The notes under the pieces were generated by a model, which worked only from the letters and a program-made list of their open reading frames with translations, did no database searches and had not been told where the DNA came from. A program made the position numbers and the translations under genes. Of a DNA stretch of 64,000 bases, positions 45,071 to 56,658 are shown piece after piece (the first letter of the stretch is position 1; each line of letters begins with the position of its first letter). Source of the DNA: Anaeramoeba ignava BMAN (taxonomy: Eukaryota > Protista > Anaeramoebae); contig JAPDFW010000108.1 in assembly GCA_028826165.1 (NCBI GenBank), forward strand, positions 1 to 64,000, given 5' to 3'.

Positions 45071-48000
45071 TCATTTCCAAATTTTAATAACTCCATCTCG
45101 AGAAGAAGAAATCAAATAATTATTTGAATCAATATCAAAAAGTTTCAAATCCGAAATGGAATCTTGATGAGAATTTTTTGCTTGATTTTGATTTAAATGA
45201 ACAATTGAATAATCTTTTTTTTCTGAATTAGGAAATAATGAAAAAAATACAAAATTTTGATATTTTTTTGATTTTCCAGAAATAACATAAGAATTTGAGA
45301 ATTTTTTCAAATCCCAATAAAGAATTGATTGATCAACTCCTCCAGAAATCATAAACTCGTTTTGATATGAACAAATAATTTTACGAAATTTTTCTTCTTC
45401 TTTTGGAATTTTTCCCGAATCCAAAAATTCTATTGCTTCTTCAATTTTTTCAAGATCCTGTTTATCCATTTGCGTTTGCGGTTTGAGAAATTTATTGGAA
45501 ATCAAGTTCTCATTACTTTGCTGATCTAACTCACTATTCAGTTGTGAATATTCAAGAAAACTCAGTGTGTTTTTTTCTTGATTTGGGAAAAGTGAAGAAA
45601 TTTTCTCTTTAATTGCTCGTGGTAAAGTGAAGTGAGTTGGAGTCTGTGTTTCGTTTGCCTGAGATACAAGCTTTGTTATTCGGAAATCGTGATTAGCTTT
45701 TGAATTGGAAATGTCCAAAATGGTAATTTTGTTTTTTTCGGATGAAATTGCAATATTGAATGGATTTTTTGGATCATGAAAATATTGAATATCCATAATT
45801 TTCGAGTTTGAGTATTTGAGAATCTGAAACGGGAAAAGAAACCTCAGATCATAAGAAAGCACATATCCTCGATCCGTACCAATAGAAACCCAATTCCCTT
45901 CTGGTTCTACCATTAGAGATGTAAGTAATCCATATTTTCCTGAAATTGAGAATTTTAAATCTGTATCTTTTCCAAACGGATTGAAATCAAGACTGTAATC
46001 ATGCGCTCGCAAATCAACGCGATGCACATCTCCTCGTTGTGTTGCATAGAGTATTTCTTTGCTATATTCTGTTTTGTTGTAAATGTTCTTGATGTCTATG
46101 ATTGCACTTTGGGAATTAGTTGAAATATTTTTGATTGATTTTTCGGAAATTGGATTTCTTTTTGGATCGAAATCAAGACCATAATCGTAATCTATTGGAT
46201 AAAAAGAAATTGTTCCTCGATCATACCCCAATGCAATCATTTTGAGGTTATCGAAAAATTCCATGCTTGTGATTTTCCCAGTTTTTGTGGATAATGTTTG
46301 TTGTGAGATCAAGTGCTGTTTTTTGAAAAATGTTCCGATATTAAATAACTTAACTGTTCCATCAGTTGAATAACTTGCAAGAAGTGATTGATCGGAACTG
46401 ATTGCAATTCTCGAAACATTTGATTTGTGTTCCGTGTTTGTTGCGATATTGATTCCTTTGATTTTACTTTTTTTTTTCGCCAATTGGCTCTTTTGTGAGT
46501 CTTTAAAATCTTTTGAATATGGATTTAATTGAGATTCTGTTTTTGCTATTTTTGTTGTCGATATTTTGTATTGAGATAGGTTTGAAGTTACTGAATCAAC
46601 TTTTTTTGATTTCAGTTGGATTTTTTCTGGGATTTTCATTTGGAAAAATTCGCCATTCTCCAAAATTCTTATTTTTGGATTTTCGGTTTTATTCTCTTTT
46701 TCCTTCATATCTTTAATTTTCCGCTTAATTTCTACCTCTATTTTGGGGTTTGAAGATGCTTTGATGATAAATTGTTTTAATTTTAAGATTTTCCAAGTCA
46801 TTTCAGGAGGATAAATTGATATTCTTCTTTTCATATTTAAATTTTCCAAGAAACTTGAATCATTATTGCTATTATTATTTAATTTCATTTGAAGTGACAG
46901 TTTTTTGGAAGAGTTTTGACTATCTAAATTAATAACTGCTTTTCTCAATCTTTGCTCGAACTCCAGCTCATTCAAGTTATTTTGTTTTGTAAGATATGTT
47001 TCTTGAATTAATTCTTCGTATATTTCTCTTGGAATTGAATCCTCCAAACAATCCAATAAAACAACTTCGTTGATATCCGATATTTGATATTTCAGAAAAG
47101 GTTCCAATACAGGAAATATAAAGCAATAAGCATCAACAATATCCATTTTCTCAAAAACTGCAGTGAAATATCGGATTGTGGAATATTTGATCCACAAATT
47201 TGGATGCAAAAGCAAAGGTGCCACTTTTTTCATAATTTCAATCATGTTTTCTTTCAAAATTTCATTGATTTCTGCGAGTTTTGCACAAGTTTCTAATGCC
47301 TTCTGAATAACAACCTCTTCAATATCAAAAATAGATTCCATAATACAAGGAATAATGTGGTAGTTCATCTTTTTAGTTCCGAAAAATGGTACCAGCTCAA
47401 TTGTCTTGTCCATTAAAGTGGTTTTGAGCTGCCAATCTTTATCGTTAAGAAAAGTAATCAATAAAATGAGTATTTTGTTATTTCGAATGTTCTCTCCAAA
47501 AAACATGCAAATATCCTTCATTATCGCAAGTAATTGCCTTCTAATACTTGGGTTTTTATCCTCAAATAAATATGTGATAATAATCTCAAAATTTTGTTGC
47601 AAATGTTGATATTCCTTTTCGAATTTTTCGCTAAACTCTTTGTTCAGCTCTTTCTTTGACTGATTTTGTTTTTCTTCTTTTACTTGTAGATCGTTTTTGG
47701 TTTCATTGCTTTTTTTCTCAATTGCTTTTTCATTCGTGATTTGGTTTAAATCCTCTTGTTCTTGTTGTTTTTGCTGCTGCTGTTGAAGTAAACTCAGAAA
47801 AATGAAATTTTTACCAATAAACGCTAAACGTGGTATATATTTCACAAAAGTTAATCTAACAATTAAATCGTGATCTTTCAAAGTCTCCAATAAATTTGGT
47901 AATAAATATTCAGGGAATAGCAGATAATCAAATGCAGATACTGAATTAACCATTTCGAGAATTAATGTTATTGTTTCAATTGATTTTGCTCTAACAATTC

Positions 48001-50389
48001 CATTTTTATCAGAAATTAGACTAAATACATATGGAATAATTTTGTCAAACCGCATCTTATCATCAACATTTGAAGAAAAATTCAATATCAGTTTTAAGGC
48101 TTTTAGTTTTGTGTTTGGATCCTTGATAGTTTTTAAAGATGAACAAATTTCATTAATCAGCAAAATCAATAATTGATATTTTGGCTTTTTCTTCCATATT
48201 TTCCTTGCTTTTTCGAGTTTGGCTTCATGTTCTTTAGAAAGTTGTTTTTGGAGTTGTTTTTTGTCTCTTTTCGTTTCTGATTCTGAATAATGCACTTCGA
48301 ATATTTGTTGATATTCCTCGTTTTCATTATATTTATCTTTATCATTATTTTTATCCTTGTTTTTGTTTTTGTTTTTGTTTTTATTTCTATATTTATCTTT
48401 ATCTTTATCAATTGAATTTAAATCTTTTTCGAAATTTTGTAAATGCTCTTTGAGATTTTCAATTTTTTCAATCATTTTTTGATTATTTAATAATTGAAAA
48501 TTTTGTGTTTCTTTTTTTTGATTTTGATTTTGATTTTGATTTTGATTATTAGTATTAATTTCCCTTTCTATTTCTGAAGATTTAGAATAATTTGTTTCAA
48601 TTTCATCAATTCCAGCTTCAAATTCGAGTTTTGTTTCTCCTTTAATCTCCAACTGCTTAAATATTTGTGGTAAATTATGGTAAATCTCTTCAATTTTTTG
48701 ATCAGATGATTTAATAAGATTTGCACCAAAAAATTCATGAAGATGATCATAAAAATTGTTTGGGAAAAAAACTTCTCTGTATTTTTTAAGGTATTCTTGA
48801 GCAGAAAGTCTCTGAGAAGGATCAATTTGAATCATACTTTGAATCATTTCTCTGACTTTTTCATTTTGAATCAAATTGATATTTTGAGCTTGGAATTTTC
48901 CCTTTTTGTACATAAGGAGATCTGATAAAAAAAATAAAGGTTCTGTTTCAAGAAATAATTCCCCAATAACACATCCAAGTGAAAAAATATCCATTTCTTG
49001 AGTTAATTGATTATTGGATGAATTCAGAATATTTCCATCATCATCATCATCATCTACAAATCTTTCTGGTGCAGTATAACAAGCTTTTCTTCTTGAAGAA
49101 TCAAAAAAGTAAGAAAAGATTGATGGGTTTTTCTTTTGATTTTGAAAAAATGGAAATGAATATTATTTTTTTTTAATAAATTAAATCATTTTCAATTTGT
49201 TTTAATAGTAATTATTTATATCTACAATAGGAAGTTTTGTTGGTTTGAAAGGACTTGGATCAAGAATAAAAACCCAAAGAGATGATGTTAAAAAAATGTT
49301 TTCAATTTTAATATCACCGTGGAAGACACCTCTTGAATGAGCTTGATGAACACCCATTAACATTTGGAATGTGATCCATCTTTTTTCTATATCTGTTAAA
49401 AAGGGGCGAGTACTTTTCAAATTTAAAATAAATTTTTAAATTTGAATAAATTTTTAAAACAATTTTTGAATCAATTTTAAATAATCAATTTTAAATTTAA
49501 ATTATTTCCAATCAATTTTAAATTTGAATAAATTTTTAAATCAATTTTAAATCAATTTCAAATCAATTTTAAATTTAAATTATTTCCAATTTAATTCAAT
49601 TTCCAACTTAATTTTAAATAATCAATTTCCAACTTAATTAATTTTAAATCAATTTAATTCAATTTCCAACTTAATTAATTTTAAATCAATTTAATTCAAT
49701 TTCCAACTTAATTTTAAATAATCAATTTAATTCATTTTAATTTTAAATTCAATTTTAAATCAATTCAATTTAATTCATTTTAAAATTTTAAATCAATTTA
49801 TTTTAATTTAAATCAATTTAATTCATTTTAAAATTTAATTCAATTTCCATCAAATAAATTAGAAGAAAAATAATGACGAACTAAATAAACAGTTTCCAAG
49901 TTAATTAATTTTAAATTTAAAAGGAAATCAATCAATTTCCAATTCGAATTTTGAAAAATCAATTTCTTTAATTTTAAATTTAAAATAATTTAATTCAATT
50001 TCAATTTAAATTTAAATGTTTTTAAAAATTCAATTTCTAATTCACTTTGAATTTTAAATCCTTCATCAATTCATTTTAAAATTTAATTACCTCATTCTAT
50101 CAAATAAATTAGAAGAAAAATAATGATGAAAATGAAAAAAACAGTTTTTGATTGGTTTCGGGGTAAAAGAAAAAGGAATATCAATCAAAAAGAACGAATT
50201 CGAATTCCATCTTTCAATATATTTTAAAAAATCAATTTTTGGATATGATTTAACAATAACTAAACCAAAATTTTCTTTATACATCTTAAATGTTTTTAAA
50301 AAACGTGAATTTCCTAATTCACTTTGAAAAATAAATCCTTCAAGATCATCTGAAAATTGTCTTTCTTGAGTTTCAAATTGATTTCCCAT
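45071..50389 (-). CDS. VPS15: Vps15 / PIK3R4 (kinase-HEAT-WD40), 3 exons (~50091-50389, ~49225-49412, 45071-~49130)
   Basis: MGNQ myristoylation start, [98 protein letters not shown]-terminal [22 protein letters not shown]. Confidence 0.95.
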
Positions 50390-50559
50390 TTAAAAAAAAT
50401 GAAATGAAAAATGAAAATGAATTTTGAATCCGATTTAAATTTTAATTAAAGTTTTTGATTAAAAATTAAAAAGAAAGAAAAAGAAATTTTTCAAAAAATA
50501 AAAGGAAAAATCAACTTTTATAATTCAATTTATCTTTTTTTTAATACTTTAATTTATTT

Positions 50560-51215
50560 AATTTTTTTTTCTTTTTCTTTTTAATTTTCTTTTTTAATTT
50601 TTTAATTTTAAAATTTAATTTTTTAATTTCACTTTTAATTTTCAATTTGAATTTTAATTTTAATTTTAATTTTAATTTTGTTTTGAATTTTTAATTTTAA
50701 TTTTCCTTCATAAATTTTAATTTTAAGATTTTAAGATAATCATTTTAAGCATTTGTTTTAATTTTTTCAATTTTTAATTTTAATTTTTAATTTTAATTTT
50801 TAATTTAAATTTTAATTTTAATTTTATTTTAATTTTATTTCCGATTTTAAATTTTATTTTTAATTTTAATTTTAATTTTAATTTTAATTTTAATTTTTAA
50901 TTTAATTGTAATCATTTTAATTTTAAGATGATTTTAATTTTTTTTCAATTTTTCTTCTTAATTTTTAAATAATTTTAATTTTAATTTTAATTTTAATTTT
51001 GGATTTTAATTTTAATTTTAATTTTAGTTTTAATTTTAATTTTGATTTTGATTTTAATTTTAATTTTAATTTTAATTTTGATTTTAATTTTAATTTTAAT
51101 TTTAATTTTAATTTTGAATATTAATTTTAATTTTATTTTTAATTTTAATTTTAATTTTAATTATGATTTTAATTATGATTTTAATTTTAATTTTAATTTT
51201 AATTTTAATTTTAAT
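50560..51215. repeat. Degenerate (TTTTAA)n tract with embedded non-repeat fragments
   Basis: Hexamer run interrupted by short complex snippets where the remaining sorting-nexin exons would be expected. Confidence 0.75.
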
Positions 51216-51222
51216 TATATTC

Positions 51223-54200
51223 TACACTTGGGATTTGTCTTTCAAGTTTAATTAATGCATTTTGGCTATTATGATAATTAAGTTGAGCATGATCTCTGTT
51301 TTTGAAAACAGGTTGAAATGAACTAATAATTCGATCATATTCTATAAAATAAGGAGGTAATTTATCTAATTCCAAATTTGATTGTTCAATATAACTTTTC
51401 CCAATTTGTTCCCAAGTATCTCCAATTAAAAAGAATAATTCTTCTGTTTTTTTTGCTGATTCTTGAGCTTTTGGTGGAATTTCATCTCTCCAATCAAATT
51501 TAGCTTCACTCATTTCTTTCCAAGATAATCCAACTTTTGTTAAACAAGCAGAAATTTCTTTTTTATAAAGAAAAAAATTATTATTAAAATTATTATTAAA
51601 ATTATTATTAAAATTATTATTAAAATTATTATTAAAATTTATTATTAAATTTATTATTAAAATTATTTATAAAATTATTATTAAATTTATTAATAAAATT
51701 ATTATTAAAATTATTATTAAAATTATTATTAAATTTATTATTAAAATTATTATTAAATTTATTATTAAAATTATTATTAAATTTATTATTAAAATTATTA
51801 TTAAAATTATTATTAAAATTATTATTAAAATTATTATTAAAATTATTATTAAAATTATTTATAAATTTATTATTAAAATTAAAAGAATATCGAGTTATTA
51901 AAATTCAGAAAATAATTATTAAATTTTTATTAAATTTATTTTTAAAATGAAGTGTAACATTATTAAAATTTATTAAAAATTATTATTAAAATTATTATTA
52001 AATTTATTATTAAAATTATTATTAAATTTATTATTAAAATTATTATTAAAAATGGTCTTTTTTCTTTTCAAAAATTTATTAAAATTATTATTAAAATTTT
52101 TATTAAAATTATTTTAAAATTATAATTAAAAAAATTATTAAAATCGAGTTTAAAATTCAGAAAATTATTATGAAAATTTTTGGAGTTAAAATTATTTAAA
52201 ATTGGTCTTTTTCTTCTTTCAACTTCTTTCTTTTTTTTTTCCCAACTCTTTTAAAATTATAATTAAAATTATTATTAAAATTAAAATTAAAATTAAAATT
52301 AAAATTATTATTAAAATTAAAATTAAAATTATAATTAAAATTTAAGAGAATTTGTTTTACTTTTTCTCCAGATGAATGAAGAAATTCAAGAAAGAAATCA
52401 ACTCTTGAAAGAACATTATGATATGCTAATTTATTAATAAATTTTTGGATTGTCAATATTCTAGTTTTTTCTTTAGTTTCATAACCAGGACGAGCTAAAT
52501 TTTCAAATTAAAAAAATTTTAAATTATATTTCAAATTAAATTAAATTAAATTAAATTTACGAGCAACTTTTAAATCAAGTAAAGGTGGAATACAAATATT
52601 CGGATATAAACGAACTAATTAAATTCAAAATCTCTCCATCTATGTTAAATCCAAAAGTCTTAAAAGATAATTTTAAATAATTTTAATTTTTTAAATTTAA
52701 TTTTATAAAGGTGGAATAAAAATATAAATTTTTATATTTATAAAATTTTTATAATTGATTTTATAAATAATTAAAAATTTTATCCATCTATGTTAATTTA
52801 TATAAAAAGTTTTAAATAATTTTATAAATAATTTTAATAATTTTTTAATTTTTAATAATTTTATAAATAATTTAATTTTATAATTTTAAATAATTTTATA
52901 ATTAATTTTATAATTAATTTTATATTTAATTTTATAAATAATTTTATAAATAATTTTATAAATAATTTTAATAAATAATTTTATATTTAATTTTATAATT
53001 AATTTTATAAATAATTTTATAATTAATTTTATAAATAAATAATTTTATATTTAATTTAATAAATTTAATTTTATTTTAATTTTATAATTTTATATTATTT
53101 TTTAATAATTTTATAAATAATTTTATATTTAATTTTATAAATAATTTTATAATTAATTTTATAAATAATTTTATATTTAATTTTTATAAATAATTTTATA
53201 ATTAATTTTATATTTAATTTTATATTTAATTTTATTTTAATAATTTTATAAATAATTTTATAAATAATTTTAATTTTATAATTAATTTTATAATTAATTT
53301 TATATTTAATTTTATAAATAATTTTATAATTAATAATTTTATAATTAATTTTATAAATAATTTTATAATTAATTTTATAAATAATTTTATAATTAATTTT
53401 ATAAATAATTTTATAATTAATTTTATAATTAATTTTATATTTAATTTTATATTTAATTTTATATTTAATTTTATATTTAATTTTATAAATAATAAAAACC
53501 TCATTTTCAAGAACATAAAAAGGATGTTTCTTAAAACGACCTTTTTCAACAACTCCTTTAACTTTAACAACTAAATTAACTTCAGGTTGAGTATCAACCC
53601 ATAGAAAACCTTGGTCAGAAATCATATGAACTTCATTTGGATCAACTTGACCATCAAAATCATCAGTAAGATCATCAGTTATTTCACTATCAGTTTCTTC
53701 TTTTTTACGATTCTGAGGAGTTTGAGAAGGGGAAGATTGGATTGTTTTTTCTTTTTCAGGAACTAAATGAACATAACTAAAAAAACAAAATAGAAATTTT
53801 AAATATAAAATTAAATATAAAATTTAATATAAAATTTAATAGAAAATTAAATAAAAAATTTAAATAGAAATTTTAAATTGAAAATTAAATAGAAATTAAA
53901 TAGAAATTAAATAGAAAATTAAATAGAAATTTTAAATATAAAATTAAATATAAAATTAAATAGAAAATTTAAATATAAAATTAAATAAATTAAATAGAAA
54001 ATTAAATAGAAAATTAAATAGAAAACAAAATAGAAATTTTAAAAATTTAAATGGAAAAATTATTTAAATTTATTTTTTTATTTGGGAAATGTTTTGCATA
54101 CTTCCCAGGAAATAATCCTTGTGTGTAAGTTGTATCAGATTCAAGATATCCTGTCCACCATCCTGAATTATCATCAACTGCTGTAACAATTATTACTTGT

Positions 54201-54268
54201 CCAGCTGAAAAATTTAATTCTCCATCTTCTCCTGCTTCATAATCATAATCCGCTATTGCTCTTGACAT
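51223..54268 (-). CDS. SH3-PX-BAR sorting nexin (SNX9/18/33-like); multi-exon, 3' end not recoverable
   Basis: SH3 (AIADYDYEAGEDGELNF..GWWTG..GLFPG|NYV; exons 54102-54268 and 53500-53776). PX motif HRWRDFEF..LVRLYPNICIPPL (~52561-52650) and IQKFINKLAYHNVLSR..FLEFL. Helical BAR-like exon ~51223-51560. Confidence 0.8.
52670..53495. repeat. Intronic 12-mer minisatellite (ATTTTATAAATA / ATTTTATAATTA)
   Basis: Tandem 12-mers in a sorting-nexin intron; the neighbouring intron 51575-52080 uses (ATTATTATTAAA)n instead. Confidence 0.85.
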
Positions 54269-54398
54269 TTTTAAAAAGAAATAAAAAAATAAGAAAAAAA
54301 AAATGAAAAATAAAAAAAAATTAAAAAATATTTTTTTGCTTTTTTTTATATTTCATTTTTTTTCTTTCAAAATTTTTTTTAATAAATAAAAAAGAAAA

Positions 54399-55814
54399 AT
54401 GGAAGCTTATTCAAATTTAGAAAAACTTTCAAATGATTTAAAACAATTATTTCAAAATCAAAATGAAGAAAATTATTCTAATTTTGAAATAATTTGTGAA
54501 CAAAATCAAATTTCATTTAAAACTCATAAATCAATTCTTTCTTCAAGAAGTCAATATTTTAAATCACTTTTCAATTCCAAAATGAAAGAATTTCAAGAAA
54601 ATAAATTAATTCTAAGCGATGTTTCAAGTTCAATCCTATCTTTAGTTTTGAATTATTTTTATTCAGGAAAAATTGAAATTAATTCAGAAAATGTTATTGA
54701 AATTTTAATGTTTTCATCAAAATATTTAATTGATGAATTAATTGAAATTTGTTCAAAATTTATCAAAAACAATTTACAAACTGAAACTGTTATTGATGTT
54801 CTTAAATTATCTGAATCAATGAATTTCAATCAATTATTGGATTTTTCTTACCAATTCATTTCAGAAAATTTTGATGAATTTATCAAAACTTCATTTTTTT
54901 TTGAACTTGAAGAAAATCATTTAAATTCAATATTATCAAATGATGAGATTATCGTAAACGAATTTGAAATTTTTCAATCAATAATAAACTGGGGAAAACA
55001 TAAATCAAGCATTAAATCAAAAATCAAGAAAAAAAACAAACAAGAAAAAGAAAAATTGCAAAACCAAATTTCAAGTGTTATTGATAAAATCAGATTTATT
55101 GATTTCTCAAAACAAGAAGTTAAAAAAGTTTTAAAAGAAGATTTAATTCCAAAACAAATTTCACAAAAACTAACAGAATTAAAAAAACTTCAAAAAAGTT
55201 CAAAAAATGAAGCAAAATTAAAAGAATTTATTGAAAAAGAAAATTCATTAATATTCAAATCAAGAATTGGATTTAAATCAGCAATTATTAAAGAAAAAAA
55301 ATATATGAATGCATTAAGAGAGTGGCTGAATGACGACAAATTCTTTTTGAAAATGAAATTGGGATTTTCAGCCAAAAGAGATGCATTTGATTCCAAAAAA
55401 TGGCATGAAAAAGTTGATGATCGAGGAAAAACATTAATTGTTATCAAAACAACAAATAATTGTATTTTTGGAGGATATTCAAAAGTAGGATGGCTTTCAG
55501 GAAAGAATCTAACATATATCGCTGATCCAGATTCATTTTTATTCAGTTTAAAAAACTTAACACAAAATCTACCACAAAAATTCCCAATTCAAGATAAAAA
55601 AAAAAGTAATGCACTTTATTATGATTCTAGTGATGGTCCTGTTTTTGATGATATGAGAATTTATTCCACTTTCAAAACTGGTAGATCTATTTTCTTTGGT
55701 GTTTCTTTTACTTTGCCTAATGGTATGAAAGATAGCACTAAAGAAGCAATGAATTATTTTGCTGGTGGTGATGGTTATTGGAATATTGAAGATATTGAAA
55801 CTTTTTTCATTTAA
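54399..55814 (+). CDS. BTB-BACK-TLDc protein (471 aa)
   Basis: BTB FKTHKSILSSRSQYFKSLFNSKMKE, BACK EFEIFQSIINWG..IDKIRF, TLDc GFSAKRDAFDSKKWHEKVDDRGKTLIVIKTTNNCIFGGYS..DPDSFLFSLKN..GPVF..IEDIETF. Confidence 0.92.
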   Translation: MEAYSNLEKLSNDLKQLFQNQNEENYSNFEIICEQNQISFKTHKSILSSRSQYFKSLFNSKMKEFQENKLILSDVSSSILSLVLNYFYSGKIEINSENVIEILMFSSKYLIDELIEICSKFIKNNLQTETVIDVLKLSESMNFNQLLDFSYQFISENFDEFIKTSFFFELEENHLNSILSNDEIIVNEFEIFQSIINWGKHKSSIKSKIKKKNKQEKEKLQNQISSVIDKIRFIDFSKQEVKKVLKEDLIPKQISQKLTELKKLQKSSKNEAKLKEFIEKENSLIFKSRIGFKSAIIKEKKYMNALREWLNDDKFFLKMKLGFSAKRDAFDSKKWHEKVDDRGKTLIVIKTTNNCIFGGYSKVGWLSGKNLTYIADPDSFLFSLKNLTQNLPQKFPIQDKKKSNALYYDSSDGPVFDDMRIYSTFKTGRSIFFGVSFTLPNGMKDSTKEAMNYFAGGDGYWNIEDIETFFI

Positions 55815-55824
55815 AAACAAAAAT

Positions 55825-56532
55825 CGAATTAAAATCAAATTCAAATTCAAATTTAAATTTAAATTCAAATCAAATTCAAATTCAAATTCAAATTCAAAAT
55901 CAAATTTAAATCAAATTCAAAATCAATTTCAATTCAAATTCAAATCAAATTAAATCAAATTAAATTTAAATTTAAATCAAATTCAAATTCAATCAAATTT
56001 AAATTCAAATTCAAATCAAATTTAAATTCAAAATCAAATCAAATTCAAATCAAATTTAAATCAAATTAAAATTCAAATTCAAATCAAATCAAATTCAAAT
56101 CAAATTCAAATTAAAATTCAAATTTAAATTCAAATTTAAATTCAAATTAAAATTCAAATTTAAATCAAATTAAAATTCAAATTTAAATCAAATTAAATCA
56201 AATTAAAATTCAAATTAAATCAAATTAAATTTAAATTTAAATCAAATTAAAATTCAAATTTAAATCAAATTCAATTTCAAATTTAAATCAAATTCAAATC
56301 AAATTCAAATTCAAATTCAAATTCAAATTTAAATTTAAATTTAAATCAAATTAAAATAAAATTCAAATTCAAATTCAAATTCAAAATCAAATCAAATTTA
56401 AATTTAAATCAAATTAAAATCAAATCAAATTCAAATCAAATTCAAATTCAAATTCAAATTCAAATCAAATTTAAATTTAATTTAAAGTCAAATTCAAATT
56501 TAAAATCAAATTCAATCAAATTTAAATCAAAA
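55825..56532. repeat. (AAATTC/AAATC/AAATTT)n intergenic microsatellite
   Basis: About 700 bp of mixed 5-6-mer units. Confidence 0.88.
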
Positions 56533-56658
56533 TTTTTTTTTTCTTGATTAAACAAAAGAAAGAAATCCAAATTCCACTTTTTTAAAAAAAAAAAAATCAT
56601 TTCTAAAACAAAATTTTTTTTTCATTTTTTTTTTTTCTCTTTTTTTTTTTTTTAAAAA

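Noticed and set aside
12648-50389. Inteins in PPDK, the AAA+ protein or Vps15
   Set aside because: Conserved motifs are contiguous at normal spacing; no Hint-like C...HN[C/S/T] insertion or homing-endonuclease motif was seen by eye.
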